A stretch of 64,000 nucleotides of DNA from an uncultured Planctomycetia bacterium (GTDB lineage Bacteria; Omnitrophota; Gorgyraeia; 2-02-FULL-51-18). The stretch lies in NCBI GenBank assembly GCA_964431835.1, contig CAYSKO010000008.1, forward strand, positions 26,622 to 90,621, given 5' to 3'. The notes beneath the pieces are model-generated. The model was given only the letters and a program-made list of their open reading frames with translations, was not told the origin of the DNA and searched no databases. Position numbers and translations under genes: made by a program. Each line of letters opens with the position of its first letter. Positions within the stretch are counted from its first letter, which is position 1. Of this stretch, positions 1-9,582 are shown one piece after another.

Positions 1-7
1 ACGCCAA

Positions 8-3000
8 ATGATCTCTTATCACGTGGAGAGGGGAATTCAGCCGCTCGCCGTCGTCGAGCCGCTCGCCGTGGACAACTACCTACGCGGGTTCGGCTATCGC
101 CTCGCCGACCTCGCGGCGACCCAAAAGATCGGCCTGTCGGGTGGCCGCATCGTTGTAGCTCCGGACGCCGCCGTGCCGCTCACCGAAGATGGGGACGTCG
201 AATACGACACCGCGGACATTCCTCCGCTCACCCCGCGCAACTTGAGCGCGTGGCTTCCGAAGAAGGACGCGTACGTGAAGGACGCAGCGCGGGCACAGGC
301 GATCATCGACGCCATCGCGCGCGCCGACGGAGGGGACGTCTCCCTCGTTGACTCCGGAGCGACCTGGGACACCTTCGAATTGAAATCGCAGCCCGATCTT
401 GTTTTCAAAATAACGAAACTTTCGCCCGGCTTGACCGATTCCCGTTTTTTCTTCGAGGCTCAAGCGGCTGAAATGGGACGTCTGGCCAAAGGAGAAAAAG
501 CACTCACCAAGCAAATTGGAGGATTCGACCTTCTCTCCATCCCGGGTTTCGCGCCGTTCGTTTACGCGGAAGGTTTTTCCAGCGAAGCCGACAGGCCGGT
601 GGGACTCCTTATCCAACAGAAAGGTTCTTACGCTGCGGACCGTGAACTCGACCGCGCACGTACCGCGGCCGAAAGCTCGGGCGTCCAGGGCGGCCCGCTG
701 CGGGCGTCCGACGTCAAATTGGTCGGCGGCCGCGCGGTGGTGGCCGACTTCGACCGCGTGATTTATTCCGGCGCACGTATGTCGGACGCGGCGCAGCGCG
801 TGGAGATTCGCACGTTCGCGGCCGGTTATCTGGAAGGCCGCCCGGACGCCGAGGTCATGCGGAAGCTCGTCGACGCGTACCTGGCTTTCGAGAATCCGCG
901 CAGGGACGCGATCTACAATATCAGCATTGCGTATTACGACGGGATCAATCGCATCCCGGCCGACGCGGAAACGAAAGCGCAGTTCGAGGCGCTCCTGGCG
1001 ATTCTCGAGACCGACGTGAAGCCGCGCGCCGAGGCGGTCAAATATAAGGAACGCCGAATCAACTTTATCGCCAATACGCTGGGGCCCCTTTTCACCGCCT
1101 TCGACGGGCGAGAAGCCACCGCTCCCGAGGCTGCTCCTCAGAAAGCTATTGAAACTCTCGATAAGGAGTTCCGTGCGGGCATCGCCGACTGGCTCACATC
1201 GAACGGCGCTCCGTTCGATGTCGACGTCGCCCGGTGGAACGCGGCCTCGGCGACGGCTGATCCTTCGCTCGCTCCCGAAATCCGCGAAGAGCTCGCCGAT
1301 CTCAAGCTTGCGAAAGACGTCCTGGCGGCCAAAACGGCGGAAGGCGATCCGCGGGAGACCTTCTCCGCTGCGCTTCGTTTCGCGCGGGTCGCTCAAGGCG
1401 CCTATCAGACACTCCTCGGAAAAGCGGGCCGGCGCGGACTTGTCGCGGACACCGCGCGTTACGGCGGCACCGGCGAACTCTTCGGGATTCTGCGGCTGGA
1501 TTTCGGCGGCGACGAAATCCGCCGTCTCGCCGTGCAGCATTCCGACGCGGCCGCTCCGGACGCGATGCGCGTCCTCATACTTTCGGAGATACTCGATACC
1601 CTCGAAACGCTCGACCCCCAAGCGATCGCCGACGACCTCGGTCTGACGGGGGGGCTGAACGTATCCGCATTCCTGAGTGACAAACGCGGCGCGGGAGACG
1701 CTTTATACCGGGCCTACACCGCCCTCGTGACTCTCGGGAAGGACGACGCCGGGCGACCGTTCACGTTCGGAGACATGTCTCCCGAAGCCAAAACCTTCGT
1801 CCGTCAGAGTTTCGGCCGCCATTTCCGCGCGGCGCTCGAGGAATCGGTTCTCGGCAAAAAAGGCGCCATCGGTCAGGAGGGTCTGGCAAGGATCGCGGTG
1901 ATCGACGTGCCGAGGCGTGCCCGTCTCGAAGCGGTCTCGGCCGGTGCGCGCATGGCGGACTCGATCGATTGGGTCGGCCCGTTCCCAGCGTCCGTAAAAC
2001 CCGAGAAACGCGACGCGGTCGCCGCGGCGCTCGTCGACATCGCCAACGGTGCCGACGTGACCGATTTCCGGTTCCTCGCGCACGCGCTGCGTGAGATCGG
2101 CCTCGATCTTCTTTCGGCCGACGCCGCCGCCATCGAGCCGGACGATATCTACGAAACCTTCCGAACCATCCTCGCACGCGCCGCCGCGGGCAAGCTGGGC
2201 GCCGGGACGATGTCGAACGCGCGCAACTACATCCATCATTTCGACGCGATCGCCCCCGCGCTCGCGCGCCTTGCGTATGAGCTTTGGACGGATACAGATC
2301 AGGGCGCCGTCGGGGGTCTTAAAGGCGGCTTGATCGGATCGATCCTCCGGGCGAAGCCCGACACGACGTTTTCGGACGTCGGAACCCTGCCCAAAATGAA
2401 CCAGCTCGATACGGGCAACTTGGATTCTCCGCTCCTGCCTTTCCGCGCGTTGAACGTGCTCGCCGCCGATTCGTCGGTGCAGACGATGTTCGCCGTTAAC
2501 GAAAGCTTCGAGCGGGCGCTTGTGGACGTGCTGACACGTCTCGCCGGTCTCGACGCGGAAAGGCTGACCGAAGCCACCTTTAGGGATCGCTTCGCCGAAG
2601 AAGCGGCCCGTCCGATCGCGGAGCTTGACGGACGCACGTTCAACACGATCTACGCGGAGACGCTCGTCGAACTGGACGAGCGGGCCCGCCGGATGCTCGA
2701 GCAACCCGTCAGTCTCGATTTCGCCTTTCCGTTCGAGGCCGACGCGCCGCTGGCCGCCAACATCGACCGGGTGATCAACGAGCGCTACGGGAATTTCGCG
2801 CAGACGAAGCTTCACAAGCGCTACATCATGAGCCAACTCGACGCACTCGGCGAGAGGGAAGTATCCGCACCGAAGACGGCCGAGCGTCCTTATGGACCCG
2901 CCGCGGACCTCGTGCTCGAATCGCTCGAGAAATACTGGAGGGAAATGGGCCGCCTGTATTCCCGAGAATTGCCGGGCTGGGGCGCGCTCCGCGAGATCCC

Positions 3001-6000
3001 GCTCCGGGACGCACTGCCCTTCATCATCCTTTCCGGGGAACTGCGGCCGAAGTCGTCCGACGGGATCGTCTCGCATGAGCTCGTCCGGATGTTCGGTCTG
3101 GAGCGGGAATCCGCCACGTTCGTCCGCTACGCGCGCGCGCGGGCGGCCGCGGGCGCCGAGCCGCCCGCGGATTTTCTATCCGGCCGCGCTCTCGCGGGCC
3201 TTGCGTCCGGAGCGCGCATGGCGATCACGTTCAAGGGAGTGGAAACCGGCGGCGTGCTCGATAAGGAAGGCCGGGCCATCTTCGAGAGCGTGCTCGCACG
3301 CGCGGTCTACCTGACCGGCTGGGACAATTTCGAGCTCTTCTCACGGACGCTCGACCGGATGTTCGACGCCGAGGGCCGGCCGCTCCTCAGTCTCGACGAG
3401 ATCAAGAACGCTTCCGACGACTTCCTCATCGAAAAACTGCGCGAGGGAATCGCCGGCCAAATCGACGATTATGGAGCCTACGCGCGTTCGAGCCAGCTTT
3501 TTCAGTTCGAAGGGGACTCGAATCGCTTCATTAATCCGTACGTCGGATCCGAAGCGCTCGCGATCCTGCGCGCTTTGACGTCCCTCGCGTCTTATTCGGA
3601 TTCGGCCGGCCGCTCGCCGAGAACGCCGGCGGAGATCGCGGCGGTGCTGGAAGCGCTGCGCATCGGCAGGGTCGAGGAAGGACTCAAGACGATCAAGGAC
3701 GACGCCTCGTACCGCGCCCGCGTGCGCGTCCTCGATCCGACCCTCGTCTACGCAGGGTTCATCAAAGCCGGCGGCTTCGGAGACGTCGTGAAAGTATACA
3801 AGAACGGGAAACCCCACGCGCTCAAGCTTCCTGGCGGAGCGTACATGACGGGACTGTACACCGAGGCCGATCGCCGGAACGCCGCGACGGGCATCCAAGA
3901 GACGGTCGCGTTCGCCGAGACCATCATGAAGGGGGGCGAGAAGACGGCGGAGCTTCGCAAGTTCCTGCCGGTTCTCGTCGAAGCGTTCGGAGCCGACTGG
4001 AAAGAGGGCGATACGAAGGACCCAGCGATCCTCATGGAATTCATCGACTTCGACGCGATTCCCGAAGCCGAAAAATGGATTTTTGGGGGCGCGACGCCAC
4101 AGGAGCGGCTCGATCGCCTCCGGCAGACGGCCGAAAAGTTCAGGGAGCTCCAGAGTCTGATGATCGCGAGCACGGGACAGTACATCTTCGACGACCGAAT
4201 CAGCAACTTCAACGTGGAAGTCGAAAAAGACCCCTCGGGACGTGAAGCGATCAAGCGGCTCATCCTGCTCGATTTCGGTCTCACGCGACCCTATGTCGCG
4301 CCCGAGCAGGCTACCGATGACAACCTCGCGACCACCCTCCCGATCAATCCTTTTTCCAAAACCAGCCTGATGGCGCGCGCCAGCCGCGTGCGGCGGGCCG
4401 TGCCAGAAGGGGTGTTGAGCGCAGACCAGGCGGCAGAAAAATTGAGCCAGACGGACCCTGTGCTTCTGGAATCGCTCGGCGATTTCGAGCTTTTCCCCCA
4501 GAACGAACGCGCGACGCTTGTCAAAAACGCCGATTGGACGCCGGTGATCGCGGCCGAGTGGCTCAGCCGGGAGATCGAGCTCCTGCAGTTTTTCCCGACC
4601 GAGCGCTTCGAGCACGACCTCGGGGAGATGATCTCCTCCAAGGCGGAGAATGCGATCAAATACCTTCTTACTCTGCGCCCCGCGAAGGACGGAAACGGAA
4701 AGAACAAGCGGGCTTCGGTCACGCTGCGAGAACTGGATCTGCGGATCGATGCCGTGGACGGCAAACAGGTGATCTACGCTAAGGGGCTCGAGATCGGAAG
4801 CTTGTCCGACACCGCTTACGTCCCGAACGTGGCGAACCTCGTCGCGGCGCTGGGGTCGCTCGACAACAAGCCTGCTGGAGCGCGGATGGCGGACGAGGAT
4901 TTTTCAGGAAAGGTGAAAAACGCTTTTACGTCCGCGCGACAGGCGCTCTCTTCGGAGGGGCATCTCGATGCGCAGGCGGCGGAAATTCTCGATTTCCTCG
5001 AGAGCCGGTACGCGGGCGAAGATTTCAAGGCCGCACGAGCGGCTCAGGCACGGCTGTCCGATTTGGTTTCTGCGGAGCAAGGGACGGGGCGCCGCGACGC
5101 TCTGAAAGCAGCACTCGGCTTGGTCGCGCCTATACTGGGACTCTTCGCTACGGACATCAGCGCCCGTATTGCTCGGCGCAAGAAGGAATATGCGGCCGCG
5201 CTCGACGTGAGCGCTCTACCGGCCGCGGATTTCTCGGCCTACAGTTTCACGGGAAAGACGGAAGAAAGCGCCTATCGGTTCTTCGTAGCGACCCCCGTAT
5301 CCGGAGGTCCCATCGACATTCTTAAGATCGGGGAGGTGCGCCGCGAGGCGATCTTTCTCGACCGGGTGCGCCGAGAGTTTCCCTCCGTGGCGCCGTTCAT
5401 CCCCGTATTCAAGGGCTATGGAGTGCTCACCGACGTCGACGCGATGCGGCTCGGGGATCCCACTATGAAAGGTCGCCCGTACATGATTACCAGCCGCGCG
5501 GAGGGAAAACGATTCGAGCTGACCTTATTCGAATTGAGCAAAGGAAGCATCGGGGAGGACGAGGCGCTCGGCGCTCATCTGGCCGCCGCGCGGGCGATCG
5601 CCCGGCTCCATGCCGCCGGAATTGCCCATCGAGACCTGAAGGACAGGGAAGTTTTTGTAAATCCGGTCACGGGCAGGGCGACGATCGTGGATTTCGGCAT
5701 CTCGGCGATCTTAGGGGACGCGACCCGCGGCGAAGAGGACCTGGTGAAGGGGGAGCTGCATCAGATAGGAACCAGCGTGAGCGGGCGAGGAAAAGGTTCG
5801 TTGAACCGGGACGTGCGCGCGCTCGTGAGCTTGCTGGAACAGATCGTCTTCGCCGCGAACCAGTCTGCCGGTCGAGACGGGCGCGAGTCGCTTATCCGGA
5901 GACTAGCTCTCGAAGAATTCGGTCTGCAGGCCAAAAAAGCGTTGGTGTTAGCGCAGGAAAACGACGCCGCGCCGGCATACGGCATCGGCGAATTACTGGC

Positions 6001-9000
6001 CGACCTGGAAAAACTTTATGCGTCGTTTAAGGCCGCGGAAATCGCGCGGGCCGCGCGAATGGCCGATCCGAACGGGACGCCGGTAACCCCCGATAGTCTG
6101 CGCGCGTCCGTCGGAGCGCTGCGGACAGCTCCGGACCCCGCGGCCTGGAAAACTGCCGCCGAGGATTTGGCCGCGCGCGTGACTGCCGCGACGCCCGAGG
6201 CGCTGGACTTGAAGTTGTACGAGCGCTCGCCCGCGGTCGACGAAGCGCTGTCCGCCCTGCTCGACGCCTACCGCGACGCGCGGTCAGGCCGCGAGCTCCG
6301 GAATACGATCCGCGCGGCGCTGTACTCCGCGCTCGGACGAAACCATACGCTTGCGCCGCTTTACATCGAAGCCCTCGATCGCCTTTACGTGGATAAGGAA
6401 GACGCCGACGACGAGCAGACAAAGGCCAGGCTCGAAGAGGTTTACGCGCGTCTCGGCGTGGTCGTAGAAGGTCACAGCGAGATCTACGCCAGGATACAAG
6501 AATTTGAGACGGTCTATAGCGCGACCGCCGTCGCCGTGACCGCGCTTAAGGGAGTCGAATGGGAGAAGGCCCGCGATCTCTACGGTCTTCCCGGCGAACC
6601 CGGAGACTATGAGCTCCTCGGGCTTAGGGCCCGTTATTATCTGGGCTTGGCCAATAACTCGCTCAATCGCAGAGCGATTCTCAATAAGCCGGGTGATTCC
6701 GAAAAAGCTCGGGTCATGACGCAGCTCGTCCAGGAGTTCCGGGCGAAGGTCCGCGACTCGGAAAAAGAACATGAAAGGGAGCTTCCTGAGGAGGGTGAGG
6801 CCCCCGTAGAGCTTACCCTGCGATTCATCGGCGATATCCAGGCGATCGCCGCGGTCTATTCGCGGCTCGTCGAGCTGTTGCTCCGGGCGGACGCCGAAAA
6901 GGCCGAAGAGCTGCCCCGACTGCAGAGTGGGCTCTATTCCGGCGACGCCGAAGCGGCGCGGCATCTTCTCTGGCTGTCCAAATTCGGCAGTGCGCCGGCG
7001 ATCGCCGCGCTTCGGTTTGCGGGGGCTCCGACGAAAACCGCTGAAGTGGAGTGGGCCCAGACGAACCGTGAGCTCGACGAGCGTCTCGATATCTCCGGTG
7101 CCCGTGTAGCCGATCCGAAGGAGCTTCTGGCGGTCGCGGCGGATAAATCGAAGCCGATCGATGAGCGAAAACACGCGCTGACAACCCTCGCCGAGGTCGG
7201 GCAAGCTGCCGCCGTCGTCGTCACCCAAATAGAAGCGATCCGGATCGATCCCACGGAAGACAACGCACTCAGAGGGCTTGCGTACCTGGCGATCCGTTCG
7301 TACGAAGTGGCCGTGGAAAAAACGGTGCCGGAAGTTCCCGGCCCGGCCGCGCCGGTGCGTCTCGACGATCCTGACCGGCGGAACGCGGCACTGGCTCGCT
7401 GGGAAGGAAAATCGATCAGCCGCGTGAATTTCCTCAATGATCCACGAAACACGGCCGTCGTTTACCGCATGGCCAACCGCGCGGGAAAAGAGCGGAACCT
7501 CCATTTGGGCTGGGCGTTCGAAGTGGACGACGGTGTGCACAAGCCAATCACCGAACCTGAATTGCGCAACCCCGCCGCGATCGAGGCCGTGAACGCGGTC
7601 TTCGTCGAAGCCTTCCGGGAGACCGTGCAAGCCTACGATTGGCAAGACGTGCGCTGGAGCCTCGTCGTCGAAGGCAGTAGCGGATTCGGACTCGAGGCGG
7701 GCGCTTCTCTGGGAATCCGGGCGAGCTCCGTCAACGAGGTGTTGCCCCTTCTCCAGGCGCTCCAGTCTGGCGACGAAGCGAGGATCCGCCGAAATGCGGC
7801 GTTCTTCACGGCGTCGCTCGCGCACGAGTTCGCGCACAACCACCGGGACGAAGCGGCGGGTTTCTCGATGGCCCGCGAACGTGAGGTCGTCTCCCAGATG
7901 GCACAATTTTTATTCAACCCCGCCGAGAACGCGATTTTCAACGAATCGGTCGCGGCGGATCTGGATAAACTCCGGGTTCCCGTCGCGGGGCGGTCTCCGA
8001 AAGAAGCCTTCAATTACGAGTACTACGAAGCGATGCGGATCGCACTTGTTCTCGTGGCGGATCTCGCGCTTTCGTCCCGGGGCGAGTTCCCTGAAATAGC
8101 GGCGGAGGCGGACCGGTTGAAAGAAGGGGACGAGCTCGACGCCCTAAAAGTGTTCGCCGCGTCTTTCGAAAAGCTTCCCCGCGACCGGGCGGCCGCCATT
8201 TTCCGATCTGCCATGGATGCCTTCCTTCCCCTCAATCAGAAAGCGCTACGGGAACGCTATCCTGAGTCGCGCGACCGGGTTTTCGCGTCATCGGGGGCGC
8301 GGCTGGCGGCAGCGGATTCCGCATCGTCCGCTCAGGCCGACGCGCCGGCGGATAGACCCGCCCCCGCATCGGCGATCGAAGCGCTCGCCGCCGGGGAAAC
8401 AGGCGCCGCGCGCGCGGGCGGCCGCGGGCGTGAAACCACGTTCGCCGCCGCCTCTCCGGCCGAGCGTTTCCTCGAGAAGGCGGGTATCACGCTTCCAGCG
8501 AACCCTCCGAACGCCGAGCGTGTCCGTGAAAGCGCCGCCGCCGAGTCTGGCTTCCTTTCGCGTATTCGATGGGCAAGCGGTATGCTCGTTCCTTACGCGT
8601 TCGCGGAACAGGCCGCGGTCGTACGTCAAAACGGAGCGAGGCTGGCCGTTTCCGCACCGGACGGCACGCCGATCGCCGACGTCGAAATGCAATCAGCGCG
8701 CCCGGCGGCGGTTCCCACTCTTGCCGCCCAACCCAAATCCATCCCCGACTACCTCAGGGAATTCGACGGCGCCACAACCCGCGTCGAAGAAGCCATGCTT
8801 CTCGCCTTCGGAGCCGAAGGCTTGGAGACCTTGACGGCCGAGCCCCGCTCGATCGCCATCGACATCGGCGTCCTTCCGGCGAAGCGTCCCGAGTACTTAG
8901 AGAACCTCTTCGTCCAGCTTCTTGCGATGCGCGCGCGTCCCGTGGCCGCCAACGTCTCGTTCCGCCTGACGGGCCCCGGCGTCCAGGAAGCGCTCGCTTC

Positions 9001-9457
9001 GTCCGACTTGGCACGCCAGCTCGTACGGAAGGGAATTATCGACCAGACGCCCGATCCCAAGCTTAAGACCGCCGAGATCGCAGGTATAAACCGCATCGAA
9101 TCCCTCTCAGGTGAGACCTACCTGCCTTTCCGGGCGGTCGAGATCACGGACAAGGAAGCGGGAGTACCGAAGTGGCAGGCGATGATCCTTCTTGCCGTCA
9201 TGGCCTCCGAGATCGGGAAGAAGACCGAAGACCCCGTTCTCCTCAGGCAGTTCTACGAGGCTTACCGCGACGTCTCGGGCCTTTCGGTCGAGAAGCTAGA
9301 GCCTGCGAAGCTCCTAGAAGCTTTAAAGGCGTTCCTCACGGGTACGGCATCCAAATCCTTGGCCGAGGACTACGCGATGCGCGCCGCCCCCATCGACATC
9401 AACCGTATCATCCAGCTCTTCAGCAACATCAAGCGCATTGTGGCGTCGGCCGCGTAA
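8..9457 (+). CDS. Giant multidomain protein 1 (5'-truncated by window edge); modular putative polyprotein with kinase-like modules, an HExxH peptidase module and a shared C-terminal domain
   Basis: 3149-aa ORF whose frame is also open upstream of the ATG at 8 (cgc caa atg), so the real start is probably outside the window. Motifs seen: GGFG...ALK...MEFI...LLDFG (3770-4280), HRDLK...IVDFG (5627-5698), HEFAH (7823). C-terminal 240 aa identical to the next giant ORF. Confidence 0.9.
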   Translation: MISYHVERGIQPLAVVEPLAVDNYLRGFGYRLADLAATQKIGLSGGRIVVAPDAAVPLTEDGDVEYDTADIPPLTPRNLSAWLPKKDAYVKDAARAQAIIDAIARADGGDVSLVDSGATWDTFELKSQPDLVFKITKLSPGLTDSRFFFEAQAAEMGRLAKGEKALTKQIGGFDLLSIPGFAPFVYAEGFSSEADRPVGLLIQQKGSYAADRELDRARTAAESSGVQGGPLRASDVKLVGGRAVVADFDRVIYSGARMSDAAQRVEIRTFAAGYLEGRPDAEVMRKLVDAYLAFENPRRDAIYNISIAYYDGINRIPADAETKAQFEALLAILETDVKPRAEAVKYKERRINFIANTLGPLFTAFDGREATAPEAAPQKAIETLDKEFRAGIADWLTSNGAPFDVDVARWNAASATADPSLAPEIREELADLKLAKDVLAAKTAEGDPRETFSAALRFARVAQGAYQTLLGKAGRRGLVADTARYGGTGELFGILRLDFGGDEIRRLAVQHSDAAAPDAMRVLILSEILDTLETLDPQAIADDLGLTGGLNVSAFLSDKRGAGDALYRAYTALVTLGKDDAGRPFTFGDMSPEAKTFVRQSFGRHFRAALEESVLGKKGAIGQEGLARIAVIDVPRRARLEAVSAGARMADSIDWVGPFPASVKPEKRDAVAAALVDIANGADVTDFRFLAHALREIGLDLLSADAAAIEPDDIYETFRTILARAAAGKLGAGTMSNARNYIHHFDAIAPALARLAYELWTDTDQGAVGGLKGGLIGSILRAKPDTTFSDVGTLPKMNQLDTGNLDSPLLPFRALNVLAADSSVQTMFAVNESFERALVDVLTRLAGLDAERLTEATFRDRFAEEAARPIAELDGRTFNTIYAETLVELDERARRMLEQPVSLDFAFPFEADAPLAANIDRVINERYGNFAQTKLHKRYIMSQLDALGEREVSAPKTAERPYGPAADLVLESLEKYWREMGRLYSRELPGWGALREIPLRDALPFIILSGELRPKSSDGIVSHELVRMFGLERESATFVRYARARAAAGAEPPADFLSGRALAGLASGARMAITFKGVETGGVLDKEGRAIFESVLARAVYLTGWDNFELFSRTLDRMFDAEGRPLLSLDEIKNASDDFLIEKLREGIAGQIDDYGAYARSSQLFQFEGDSNRFINPYVGSEALAILRALTSLASYSDSAGRSPRTPAEIAAVLEALRIGRVEEGLKTIKDDASYRARVRVLDPTLVYAGFIKAGGFGDVVKVYKNGKPHALKLPGGAYMTGLYTEADRRNAATGIQETVAFAETIMKGGEKTAELRKFLPVLVEAFGADWKEGDTKDPAILMEFIDFDAIPEAEKWIFGGATPQERLDRLRQTAEKFRELQSLMIASTGQYIFDDRISNFNVEVEKDPSGREAIKRLILLDFGLTRPYVAPEQATDDNLATTLPINPFSKTSLMARASRVRRAVPEGVLSADQAAEKLSQTDPVLLESLGDFELFPQNERATLVKNADWTPVIAAEWLSREIELLQFFPTERFEHDLGEMISSKAENAIKYLLTLRPAKDGNGKNKRASVTLRELDLRIDAVDGKQVIYAKGLEIGSLSDTAYVPNVANLVAALGSLDNKPAGARMADEDFSGKVKNAFTSARQALSSEGHLDAQAAEILDFLESRYAGEDFKAARAAQARLSDLVSAEQGTGRRDALKAALGLVAPILGLFATDISARIARRKKEYAAALDVSALPAADFSAYSFTGKTEESAYRFFVATPVSGGPIDILKIGEVRREAIFLDRVRREFPSVAPFIPVFKGYGVLTDVDAMRLGDPTMKGRPYMITSRAEGKRFELTLFELSKGSIGEDEALGAHLAAARAIARLHAAGIAHRDLKDREVFVNPVTGRATIVDFGISAILGDATRGEEDLVKGELHQIGTSVSGRGKGSLNRDVRALVSLLEQIVFAANQSAGRDGRESLIRRLALEEFGLQAKKALVLAQENDAAPAYGIGELLADLEKLYASFKAAEIARAARMADPNGTPVTPDSLRASVGALRTAPDPAAWKTAAEDLAARVTAATPEALDLKLYERSPAVDEALSALLDAYRDARSGRELRNTIRAALYSALGRNHTLAPLYIEALDRLYVDKEDADDEQTKARLEEVYARLGVVVEGHSEIYARIQEFETVYSATAVAVTALKGVEWEKARDLYGLPGEPGDYELLGLRARYYLGLANNSLNRRAILNKPGDSEKARVMTQLVQEFRAKVRDSEKEHERELPEEGEAPVELTLRFIGDIQAIAAVYSRLVELLLRADAEKAEELPRLQSGLYSGDAEAARHLLWLSKFGSAPAIAALRFAGAPTKTAEVEWAQTNRELDERLDISGARVADPKELLAVAADKSKPIDERKHALTTLAEVGQAAAVVVTQIEAIRIDPTEDNALRGLAYLAIRSYEVAVEKTVPEVPGPAAPVRLDDPDRRNAALARWEGKSISRVNFLNDPRNTAVVYRMANRAGKERNLHLGWAFEVDDGVHKPITEPELRNPAAIEAVNAVFVEAFRETVQAYDWQDVRWSLVVEGSSGFGLEAGASLGIRASSVNEVLPLLQALQSGDEARIRRNAAFFTASLAHEFAHNHRDEAAGFSMAREREVVSQMAQFLFNPAENAIFNESVAADLDKLRVPVAGRSPKEAFNYEYYEAMRIALVLVADLALSSRGEFPEIAAEADRLKEGDELDALKVFAASFEKLPRDRAAAIFRSAMDAFLPLNQKALRERYPESRDRVFASSGARLAAADSASSAQADAPADRPAPASAIEALAAGETGAARAGGRGRETTFAAASPAERFLEKAGITLPANPPNAERVRESAAAESGFLSRIRWASGMLVPYAFAEQAAVVRQNGARLAVSAPDGTPIADVEMQSARPAAVPTLAAQPKSIPDYLREFDGATTRVEEAMLLAFGAEGLETLTAEPRSIAIDIGVLPAKRPEYLENLFVQLLAMRARPVAANVSFRLTGPGVQEALASSDLARQLVRKGIIDQTPDPKLKTAEIAGINRIESLSGETYLPFRAVEITDKEAGVPKWQAMILLAVMASEIGKKTEDPVLLRQFYEAYRDVSGLSVEKLEPAKLLEALKAFLTGTASKSLAEDYAMRAAPIDINRIIQLFSNIKRIVASAA
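770..8644 (+). repeat. Dispersed peptide-level linker motif [G/A]AR[M/L/V][A/S] in giant ORF 1
   Basis: Copies start at 770 (GARMS), 1943 (GARMA), 3209 (GARMA), 4877 (GARMA), 6050 (AARMA), 7097 (GARVA), 8294 (GARLA), plus an ambiguous one at 8633 (GARLA). The clear copies are spaced 349-556 codons apart. Confidence 0.85.
8734..9453 (+). repeat. 720-bp direct repeat, copy 1 (3' end of giant ORF 1)
   Basis: Block-by-block comparison with 28764-29483 shows no mismatch from caaatccatcccc to gtcggccgc; offset 20030 bp. Confidence 0.97.
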
Positions 9458-9507
9458 CCGATTTTCATAACCCTATCATTTTAAATGGGATACGGAACTC
9501 TTTTCCT

Positions 9508-9536
9508 TTGATCCACTCGCCCTCCTAGTGTATACT
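9508..9536 (+). promoter_or_regulatory. Sigma70-type promoter upstream of giant ORF 2
   Basis: TTGATC (9508-9513), 17-bp spacer, TATACT (9531-9536), in an AT-rich 125-bp intergenic gap. Confidence 0.6.
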
Positions 9537-9582
9537 TTTACTTATAATCGCTTAAAATAATGTTATCAGAGTTAATAAAATT

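Noticed and set aside
8633-8644. GARLA at 8633, and at 28705, counted as true linkers
   Set aside because: Both lie inside the alignable C-terminal region at non-equivalent positions in probable beta-turns, so they are treated as ambiguous.
8734-9453. 720-bp repeat as an insertion sequence
   Set aside because: No terminal inverted repeats, target duplication or transposase. It is in-frame coding sequence ending at the stop codon.
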